A stretch of 64,000 bases of DNA, from the NCBI RefSeq assembly GCF_009914755.1, contig NC_060932.1; one strand, given 5' to 3'. Below are positions 53,801 through 64,000 of this stretch, one piece after another. Each line of letters starts with the position of its first letter. The first letter of the stretch is position 1. Origin of the DNA: the human T2T-CHM13v2.0 reference genome, Homo sapiens. The position numbers were made by a program, and so were the translations under genes. The notes under the pieces are model-generated. The model did not search any database and was not told where the DNA came from. It saw only the letters and a list, made by a program, of their open reading frames with translations.

Positions 53801-56800
53801 GAAACATTCTTTTTATAGAATCTGGAAGTGGATATTTGGAAAGCTTTGAGGATTTCGTTGGAAACGGGAATATCTTCAAATCAAATCTAGCCAGAAGCAT
53901 TCTAAGAAACATCTTAGGGATGTTTACATTCAAGTCACAGAGTTGAACATTCCCTTTCACAGAGCAGGTTTGAAACAATCTTCTCGTACTATCTGGCAGT
54001 GGACATTTTGAGCTCCTTGGGGCCTATGCTGAAAAAGGAAATATCTTCCGACAAAAACTAGACAGAAGCATTCGCAGAATCACGTTTGTGATGTGTGCAC
54101 TCAACTGTCAGAATTGAACCTTGGTTTGGACAGAGCACTTTTGAAACACTCTTTTTGTAGAATCTGCAGGTGGATATTTGGCTAGCTTTGAGGATTTCGT
54201 TGGAAACGGTAATGTCTTCAAAGAAAATCTAGACAGAAGCATTCTCAGAAACACCTTCGTGATGTTTGCAATCAAGTCACAGAGTTGAACCTTCCGTTTC
54301 ATAGAGCAGGTTGGAAACACTCTTTTTGTAGTATCTGGAAGTGGACATTTGGAGGGCTTTGTAGCCTATGTGGAAAAAGGAAATATCTTCCCATGAATGC
54401 GAGATAGAAGTAATCTCAGAAACATGTTTATGCTGTATCTACTCAACTAACTGTGCTGAACATTTCTATTGATAGAGCACTTTTGAGACACTCTTCTTTT
54501 GGAATCTGCAAGTGGATATTTGGAGAGATTTGAGGATTTCGTTGGAAACGGGATTATATATAAAAAGTAGACAGCAGCATTCTCAGAAACTTCTTTGTGA
54601 TGTTTGCATCCAGCTCTCAGAGTTGAACATTCCCTTTCATAGAGTAGGTTTGAAACCCTCTTTTTATAGTGTCTGGAAGCGGGCATTTGGAGCGCTTTCA
54701 GGCCTATGCTTAAAATAGGAAATATCTACCTACAGAAACTAGACAGAAGCATTCTGAGAATCACGTTTGTGATGTGGGTACTCAACTAACAGTGTTGATC
54801 CATTCTTTTGATACAGCAGTTTTGAACCACACTTTTTGTAGAATCTGCAAGAGGATATTTGGATAGCTGTGAGGATTTCGTTGGAAACGGGGATGTCTTC
54901 AAAGAAAATCTAGACAGAAGCATTCTCAGAAACACCTTCGTGATGTTTGCAATCAAGTCACAGAGTTGAACCTTCCGTTTCATAGAGCAGGTTGGAAACA
55001 CTCTTATTGTAGTATCTGGAAGTGGACATTTGGAGCGCTTTCAGGCCTATGGTGAAAAAGGAAATATCTTCCCATAAAAACGACATAGAAGCTATCTCAG
55101 GAACTTGTTTATGATGCATCTAATCAACTAACAGTGTTGAACCTTTGTACTGACAGAGCAGTTTGAAACACTCTTTTTTTGGAATCTGCAAGTGGATATT
55201 TGGATCGCTTTGAGGATTTCGTTGGAAACGGGATGCAATATAAAACGTACACAGCAGCATACTCAGAAAATACTTTGCCATATTTCCATTCAAGTCACAG
55301 AGTGGAACATTCCCATTCATAGAGCAGGTTGGAAACACTCTTTTTGGAGTATCTGGAAGTGGACATTTGGAGCGCTTTCTGAACTATGGTGAAAAAGGAA
55401 ATATCTTCCAATGAAAACAAGACAGAAGCATTCTGAGAAACTTATTTGTGATGTGTGTCCTCAACAAACGGACTTGAACCTTTCGTTTCATGCAGTACTT
55501 CTGGAACACTCTTTTTGAAGATTCTGCATGCGGATATTTGGATAGCTTTGAGGATTTCGTTGGAAACGGGCTTACATGTAAAAATTAGACAGCAGCATTC
55601 TCAGAAACTTCTTTGTGGTGTCTGCATTCAAGTCACAGAATTGAACTTCCCCTCACATAGAGCAGTTGTGCAGCACTCTATTTGTAGTATCTGGAAGTGG
55701 ACATTTGGAGGGCTTTGTAGCCTATCTGGAAAAAGGAAATATCTTCCCATGAATGCGAGATAGAAGTAATCTCAGAAACATGTTTATGCTGTATCTACTC
55801 AACTAACTGTGCTGAACATTTCTATTGATAGAGCAGTTTTGAGACACTCTTCTTTTGGAATCTGCAAGTGGATATTTGGATAGATTTGAGGATTTCGTTG
55901 GAAACGGGATTATATATAAAAAGTAGACAGCAGCATTCTCAGAAACTTCTTTGTGATGTTTGCATCCAGCTCTCAGAGTTGAACATTCCCTTTCATAGAG
56001 TAGGTTTGAAACCCTCTTTTTATAGTGTCTGGAAGCGGGCATTTGGAGCGCTTTCAGGCCTATGCTGAAAAAGGAAATATCTACCTATAGAAACTAGACA
56101 GAAGCATTCTGAGAATCACGTTTGTGATGTGGGTACTCAACTAACAGTGTTGATCCATTCTTTTGATACAGCAGTTTTGAACCACACTTTTTGTAGAATC
56201 TGCAAGTGGATATTTGGATAGCTGTGAGGATTTCGTTGGAAACGGGAATGTCTTCATAGAAAATTTAGACAGAAGCATTCTCAGAACCTTGATTGTGATG
56301 TGTGTTCTCCACTAACAGAGTTGAACCTTTCTTTTGACAGAACTGTTCTGAAACATTCTTTTTATAGAATCTGGAAGTGGATATTTGGAAAGCTTTGAGG
56401 ATTTCGTTGGAAACGGGAATATCTTCAAATCAAATCTAGCCAGAAGCATTCTAAGAAACATCTTAGGGATGTTTACATTCAAGTCACAGAGTTGAACATT
56501 CCCTTTCACAGAGCAGGTTTGAAACAATCTTCTCGTACTATCTGGCAGTGGACATTTTGAGCTCCTTGGGGCCTATGCTGAAAAAGGAAATATCTTCCGA
56601 CAAAAACTAGACAGAAGCATTCGCAGAATCACGTTTGTGATGTGTGCACTCAACTGTCAGAATTGAACCTTGGTTTGGACAGAGCACTTTCGAAACACTC
56701 TTTTTGTAGAATCTGCAGGTGGATATTTGGCTAGCTTTGAGGATTTCGTTGGAAACGGTAATGTCTTCAAAGAAAATCTAGACAGAAGCATTCTCAGAAA

Positions 56801-59800
56801 CACCTTCGTGATGTTTGCAATCAAGTCACAGAGTTGAACCTTCCGTTTCATAGAGCAGGTTGGAAACACTCTTTTTGTAGTATCTGGAAGTGGACATTTG
56901 GAGGGCTTTGTAGCCTATGTGGAAAAAGGAAATATCTTCCCATGAATGCGAGATAGAAGTAATCTCAGAAACATGTTTATGCTGTATCTACTCAACTAAC
57001 TGTGCTGAACATTTCTATTGATAGAGCAGTTTTGAGACACTCTTCTTTTGGAATCTGCAAGTGGATATTTGGAGAGATTTGAGGATTTCGTTGGAAACGG
57101 GATTATATATAAAAAGTAGACAGCAGCATTCTCAGAAACTTCTTTGTGATGTTTGCATCCAGCTCTCAGAGTTGAACATTCCCTTTCATAGAGTAGGTTT
57201 GAAACCCTCTTTTTATAGTGTCTGGAAGCGGGCATTTGGAGCGCTTTCAGGCCTATGCTTAAAATAGGAAATATCTACCTACAGAAACTAGACAGAAGCA
57301 TTCTGAGAATCTCGTTTGTGATGTGGGTACTCAACTAACAGTGTTGATCCATTCTTTTGATACAGCAGTTTTGAACCACACTTTTTGTAGAATCTGCAAG
57401 AGGATATTTGGATAGCTGTGAGGATTTCGTTGGAAACGGGAATGTCTTCAAAGAAAATCTAGACAGAAACATTCTCAGAAACACCTTCGTGATGTTTGCA
57501 ATCAAGTCACAGAGTTGAACCTTCCGTTTCATAGAGCAGGTTGGAAACACTCTTATTGTAGTATCTGGAAGTGGACATTTGGAGCGCTTTCAGGCCTATG
57601 GTGAAAAAGGAAATATCTTCCCATAAAAACGACATAGAAGCTATCTCAGGAACTTGTTTATGAGGCATCTAATCAACTAACAGTGTTGAACCTTTGTACT
57701 GACAGAGCAGTTTGAAACACTCTTTTTTTGGAATCTGCAAGTGGATATTTGGATCGCTTTGAGGATTTCGTTGGAAACGGGATGCAATATAAAACGTACA
57801 CAGCAGCATACTCAGAAAATTCTTTGCCATATTTCCATTCAAGTCACAGAGTGGAACATTCCCATTCATAGAGCAGGTTGGAAACACTCTTTTTGGAGTA
57901 TCTGGAAGTGGACATTTGGAGCGCTTTCTGAACTATGGTGAAAAAGGAAATATCTTCCAATGAAAACAAGACAGAAGCATTCTGAGAAACTTATTTGTGA
58001 TGTGTGTCCTCAACAAACGGACTTGAACCTTTCGTTTCATGCAGTACTTCTGGAACACTCTTTTTGAAGATTCTGCATGCGGATATTTGGATAGCTTTGA
58101 GGATTTCGTTGGAAACGGGCTTACATGTAAAAATTAGACAGCAGCATTCTCAGAAACTTCTTTGTGGTGTCTGCATTCAAGTCACAGAATTGAACATCCC
58201 CTCACATAGAGCAGTTGTGCAGCACTCTATTTGTAGTATCTGGAAGTGGACATTTGGAGGGCTTTGTAGCCTATGTGGAAAAAGGAAATATCTTCCCATG
58301 AATGCGAGATAGAAGTAATCTCAGAAACATGTTTATGCTGTATCTACTCAACTAACTGTGCTGAACATTTCTATTGATAGAGCAGTTTTGAGACACTCTT
58401 CTTTTGGAATCTGCAAGTGGATATTTGGATAGATTTGAGGATTTCGTTGGAAACGGGATTATATATAAAAAGTAGACAGCAGCATTCTCAGAAACTTCTT
58501 TGTGATGTTTGCATCCAGCTCTCAGAGTTGAACATTCCCTTTCATAGAGTAGGTTTGAAACCCTCTTTTTATAGTGTCTGGAAGCGGGCATTTGGAGCGC
58601 TTTCAGGCCTATGCTGAAAAAGGAAATATCTACCTATAGAAACTAGACAGAAGCATTCTGAGAATCACGTTTGTGATGTGGGTACTCAACTAACAGTGTT
58701 GATCCATTCTTTTGATACAGCAGTTTTGAACCACACTTTTTGTAGAATCTGCAAGTGGATATTTGGATAGCTGTGAGGATTTCGTTGGAAACGGGAATGT
58801 CTTCATAGAAAATTTAGACAGAAGCATTCTCAGAACCTTGATTGTGATGTGTGTTCTCCACTAACAGAGTTGAACCTTTCTTTTGACAGAACTGTTCTGA
58901 AACATTCTTTTTATAGAATCTGGAAGTGGATATTTGGAAAGCTTTGAGGATTTCGTTGGAAACGGGAATATCTTCAAATCAAATCTAGCCAGAAGCATTC
59001 TAAGAAACATCTTAGGGATGTTTACATTCAAGTCACAGAGTTGAACATTCCCTTTCACAGAGCAGGTTTGAAACAATCTTCTCGTACTATCTGGCAGTGG
59101 ACATTTTGAGCTCCTTGGGGCCTATGCTGAAAAAGGAAATATCTTCCGACAAAAACTAGACAGAAGCATTCGCAGAATCACGTTTGTGATGTGTGCACTC
59201 AACTGTCAGAATTGAACCTTGGTTTGGACAGAGCACTTTTGAAACACTCTTTTTGTAGAATCTGCAGGTGGATATTTGGCTAGCTTTGAGGATTTCGTTG
59301 GAAACGGTAATGTCTTCAAAGAAAATCTAGACAGAAGCATTCTCAGAAACACCTTCGTGATGTTTGCAATCAAGTCACAGAGTTGAACCTTCCGTTTCAT
59401 AGAGCAGGTTGGAAACACTCTTTTTGTAGTATCTGGAAGTGGACATTTGGAGGGCTTTGTAGCCTATGTGGAAAAAGGAAATATCTTCCCATGAATGCGA
59501 GATAGAAGTAATCTCAGAAACATGTTTATGCTGTATCTACTCAACTAACTGTGCTGAACATTTCTATTGATAGAGCAGTTTTGAGACACTCTTCTTTTGG
59601 AATCTGCAAGTGGATATTTGGAGAGATTTGAGGATTTCGTTGGAAACGGGATTATATATAAAAAGTAGACAGCAGCATTCTCAGAAACTTCTTTGTGATG
59701 TTTGCATCCAGCTCTCAGAGTTGAACATTCCCTTTCATAGAGTAGGTTTGAAACCCTCTTTTTATAGTGTCTGGAAGCGGGCATTTGGAGCGCTTTCAGG

Positions 59801-62800
59801 CCTATGCTTAAAATAGGAAATATCTACCTACAGAAACTAGACAGAAGCATTCTGAGAATCACGTTTGTGATGTGGGTACTCAACTAACAGTGTTGATCCA
59901 TTCTTTTGATACAGCAGTTTTGAACCACACTTTTTGTAGAATCTGCAAGAGGATATTTGGATAGCTGTGAGGATTTCGTTGGAAACGGGAATGTCTTCAA
60001 AGAAAATCTAGACAGAAGCATTCTCAGAAACACCTTCGTGATGTTTGCAATCAAGTCACAGAGTTGAACCTTCCGTTTCATAGAGCAGGTTGGAAACACT
60101 CTTATTGTAGTATCTGGAAGTGGACATTTGGAGCGCTTTCAGGCCTATGGTGAAAAAGGAAATATCTTCCCATAAAAACGACATAGAAGCTATCTCAGGA
60201 ACTTGTTTATGAGGCATCTAATCAACTAACAGTGTTGAACCTTTGTACTGACAGAGCAGTTTGAAACACTCTTTTTTTGGAATCTGCAAGTGGATATTTG
60301 GATCGCTTTGAGGATTTCGTTGGAAACGGGATGCAATATAAAACGTACACAGCAGCATACTCAGAAAATACTTTGCCATATTTCCATTCAAGTCACAGAG
60401 TGGAACATTCCCATTCATAGAGCAGGTTGGAAACACTCTTTTTGGAGTATCTGGAAGTGGACATTTGGAGCGCTTTCTGAACTATGGTGAAAAAGGAAAT
60501 ATCTTCCAATGAAAACAAGACAGAAGCATTCTGAGAAACTTATTTGTGATGTGTGTCCTCAACAAACGGACTTGAACCTTTCGTTTCATGCAGTACTTCT
60601 GGAACACTCTTTTTGAAGATTCTGCATGCGGATATTTGGATAGCTTTGAGGATTTCGTTGGAAACGGGCTTACATGTAAAAATTAGACAGCAGCATTCTC
60701 AGAAACTTCTTTGTGGTGTCTGCATTCAAGTCACAGAATTGAACTTCCCCTCACATAGAGCAGTTGTGCAGCACTCTATTTGTAGTATCTGGAAGTGGAC
60801 ATTTGGAGGGCTTTGTAGCCTATCTGGAAAAAGGAAATATCTTCCCATGAATGCGAGATAGAAGTAATCTCAGAAACATGTTTATGCTGTATCTACTCAA
60901 CTAACTGTGCTGAACATTTCTATTGATAGAGCAGTTTTGAGACACTCTTCTTTTGGAATCTGCAAGTGGATATTTGGATAGATTTGAGGATTTCGTTGGA
61001 AACGGGATTATATATAAAAAGTAGACAGCAGCATTCTCAGAAACTTCTTTGTGATGTTTGCATCCAGCTCTCAGAGTTGAACATTCCCTTTCATAGAGTA
61101 GGTTTGAAACCCTCTTTTTATAGTGTCTGGAAGCGGGCATTTGGAGCGCTTTCAGGCCTATGCTGAAAAAGGAAATATCTACCTATAGAAACTAGACAGA
61201 AGCATTCTGAGAATCACGTTTGTGATGTGGGTACTCAACTAACAGTGTTGATCCATTCTTTTGATACAGCAGTTTTGAACCACACTTTTTGTAGAATCTG
61301 CAAGTGGATATTTGGATAGCTGTGAGGATTTCGTTGGAAACGGGAATGTCTTCATAGAAAATTTAGACAGAAGCATTCTCAGAACCTTGATTGTGATGTG
61401 TGTTCTCCACTAACAGAGTTGAACCTTTCTTTTGACAGAACTGTTCTGAAACATTCTTTTTATAGAATCTGGAAGTGGATATTTGGAAAGCTTTGAGGAT
61501 TTCGTTGGAAACGGGAATATCTTCAAATCAAATCTAGCCAGAAGCATTCTAAGAAACATCTTAGGGATGTTTACATTCAAGTCACAGAGTTGAACATTCC
61601 CTTTCACAGAGCAGGTTTGAAACAATCTTCTCGTACTATCTGGCAGTGGACATTTTGAGCTCCTTGGGGCCTATGCTGAAAAAGGAAATATCTTCCGACA
61701 AAAACTAGACAGAAGCATTCGCAGAATCACGTTTGTGATGTGTGCACTCAACTGTCAGAATTGAACCTTGGTTTGGACAGAGCACTTTTGAAACACTCTT
61801 TTTGTAGAATCTGCAGGTGGATATTTGGCTAGCTTTGAGGATTTCGTTGGAAACGGTAATGTCTTCAAAGAAAATCTAGACAGAAGCATTCTCAGAAACA
61901 CCTTCGTGATGTTTGCAATCAAGTCACAGAGTTGAACCTTCCGTTTCATAGAGCAGGTTGGAAACACTCTTTTTGTAGTATCTGGAAGTGGACATTTGGA
62001 GGGCTTTGTAGCCTATGTGGAAAAAGGAAATATCTTCCCATGAATGCGAGATAGAAGTAATCTCAGAAACATGTTTATGCTGTATCTACTCAACTAACTG
62101 TGCTGAACATTTCTATTGATAGAGCAGTTTTGAGACACTCTTCTTTTGGAATCTGCAAGTGGATATTTGGAGAGATTTGAGGATTTCGTTGGAAACGGGA
62201 TTATATATAAAAAGTAGACAGCAGCATTCTCAGAAACTTCTTTGTGATGTTTGCATCCAGCTCTCAGAGTTGAACATTCCCTTTCATAGAGTAGGTTTGA
62301 AACCCTCTTTTTATAGTGTCTGGAAGCGGGCATTTGGAGCGCTTTCAGGCCTATGCTTAAAATAGGAAATATCTACCTACAGAAACTAGACAGAAGCATT
62401 CTGAGAATCTCGTTTGTGATGTGGGTACTCAACTAACAGTGTTGATCCATTCTTTTGATACAGCAGTTTTGAACCACACTTTTTGTAGAATCTGCAAGAG
62501 GATATTTGGATAGCTGTGAGGATTTCGTTGGAAACGGGAATGTCTTCAAAGAAAATCTAGACAGAAACATTCTCAGAAACACCTTCGTGATGTTTGCAAT
62601 CAAGTCACAGAGTTGAACCTTCCGTTTCATAGAGCAGGTTGGAAACACTCTTATTGTAGTATCTGGAAGTGGACATTTGGAGCGCTTTCAGGCCTATGGT
62701 GAAAAAGGAAATATCTTCCCATAAAAACGACATAGAAGCTATCTCAGGAACTTGTTTATGAGGCATCTAATCAACTAACAGTGTTGAACCTTTGTACTGA

Positions 62801-63580
62801 CAGAGCAGTTTGAAACACTCTTTTTTTGGAATCTGCAAGTGGATATTTGGATCGCTTTGAGGATTTCGTTGGAAACGGGATGCAATATAAAACGTACACA
62901 GCAGCATACTCAGAAAATTCTTTGCCATATTTCCATTCAAGTCACAGAGTGGAACATTCCCATTCATAGAGCAGGTTGGAAACACTCTTTTTGGAGTATC
63001 TGGAAGTGGACATTTGGAGCGCTTTCTGAACTATGGTGAAAAAGGAAATATCTTCCAATGAAAACAAGACAGAAGCATTCTGAGAAACTTATTTGTGATG
63101 TGTGTCCTCAACAAACGGACTTGAACCTTTCGTTTCATGCAGTACTTCTGGAACACTCTTTTTGAAGATTCTGCATGCGGATATTTGGATAGCTTTGAGG
63201 ATTTCGTTGGAAACGGGCTTACATGTAAAAATTAGACAGCAGCATTCTCAGAAACTTCTTTGTGGTGTCTGCATTCAAGTCACAGAATTGAACATCCCCT
63301 CACATAGAGCAGTTGTGCAGCACTCTATTTGTAGTATCTGGAAGTGGACATTTGGAGGGCTTTGTAGCCTATGTGGAAAAAGGAAATATCTTCCCATGAA
63401 TGCGAGATAGAAGTAATCTCAGAAACATGTTTATGCTGTATCTACTCAACTAACTGTGCTGAACATTTCTATTGATAGAGCAGTTTTGAGACACTCTTCT
63501 TTTGGAATCTGCAAGTGGATATTTGGATAGATTTGAGGATTTCGTTGGAAACGGGATTATATATAAAAAGTAGACAGCAG
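50836..63580 (+). repeat. (7-8) x5 15-mer run with 5098 bp (30-monomer) SNV periodicity
   Basis: Anchors 50770, 53319, 55868, 58417, 60966, 63515 are spaced 2549 bp. SNV cagaaAcattc occurs only at 52371, 57469, 62567. Confidence 0.9.
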
Positions 63581-64000
63581 CATTCTCAGAAACTTCTTTG
63601 TGATGTTTGCATCCAGCTCTCAGAGTTGAACATTCCCTTTCATAGAGTAGGTTTGAAACCCTCTTTTTATAGTGTCTGGAAGCGGGCATTTGGAGCGCTT
63701 TCAGGCCTATGCTGAAAAAGGAAATATCTACCTATAGAAACTAGACAGAAGCATTCTGAGAATCACGTTTGTGATGTGGGTACTCAACTAACAGTGTTGA
63801 TCCATTCTTTTGATACAGCAGTTTTGAACCACACTTTTTGTAGAATCTGCAAGTGGATATTTGGATAGCTGTGAGGATTTCGTTGGAAACGGGAATGTCT
63901 TCATAGAAAATTTAGACAGAAGCATTCTCAGAACCTTGATTGTGATGTGTGTTCTCCACTAACAGAGTTGAACCTTTCTTTTGACAGAACTGTTCTGAAA

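Larger units (their letters stand above)
1..64000 (+). repeat. Centromeric alpha-satellite HOR array, SF2-type dimeric, mixed 7-mer/8-mer HORs; probable human chr8 D8Z2
   Basis: Uninterrupted head-to-tail 166-172 bp monomers with alphoid hallmarks (cattctcagaaac..., tcacagagttgaac..., ggatatttgga) and TTTCGTTGGAAACGGG CENP-B boxes in roughly every second monomer. HOR copies are near-identical. The alpha-satellite call is essentially certain; the chr8 assignment (about 0.8) rests on the 7/8/11/15-mer size set. Confidence 0.98.

Noticed and set aside
14-63715. About 200 recurring 62-102 aa ORFs on both strands (e.g. MSSTNGLEPF..., MDIWIDLRISLETG...)
   Set aside because: They are translations of alphoid monomers that recur at HOR period, overlap on opposite strands, often start at GTG/TTG and show no recognisable domain or gene structure. 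They are useful only as SNV and periodicity markers.
21-63900. CRISPR-like pattern of a conserved ~25 bp motif (gaggatttcgttggaaacggg) at regular intervals
   Set aside because: The motif is the CENP-B box region; the intervening DNA is 150-320 bp of repeated satellite rather than unique spacers, and there are no cas genes.
1-64000. Transposon insertion (L1/Alu/ERV), inversion or embedded unique sequence
   Set aside because: Unit lengths sum exactly (20x1193 + 29x1356 - 3 = 63181 bp between anchors 334 and 63515), leaving no room for an insertion, and all boxes read on the + strand.

Overview
The whole 64 kb window is primate, most likely human, centromeric alpha-satellite DNA. It is a single-orientation higher-order-repeat (HOR) array of ~171 bp monomers with a CENP-B box / pJalpha dimeric pattern (suprachromosomal family 2 type). 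I see no genes, RNA genes, transposons, inversions or unique sequence; every ORF in the track is satellite translation. There are two HOR structural variants, a 7-mer (1193 bp, 20 complete copies) and an 8-mer (1356 bp, 29 copies, one of them 1353 bp), in the order 7-88888-7-8-778-778-778-88-77-888-7-888-78-788-788-788-78-78-78-78-78-7(partial). Together they use 11 monomer types (a-k) and read as complementary deletions of a 1868 bp 11-mer that never occurs intact here. This fits the active chromosome 8 array D8Z2 best (inferred, not database-checked). The most interesting signals are structural: nested super-periods (3742, 3905, 5098, 5261, 7973 bp), different CENP-B box layouts in the two variants, one 7-mer with a different breakpoint, duplicated CENP-B box knockouts and a haplotype boundary near 10 kb. 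I found no evidence of a new protein-coding or RNA system.
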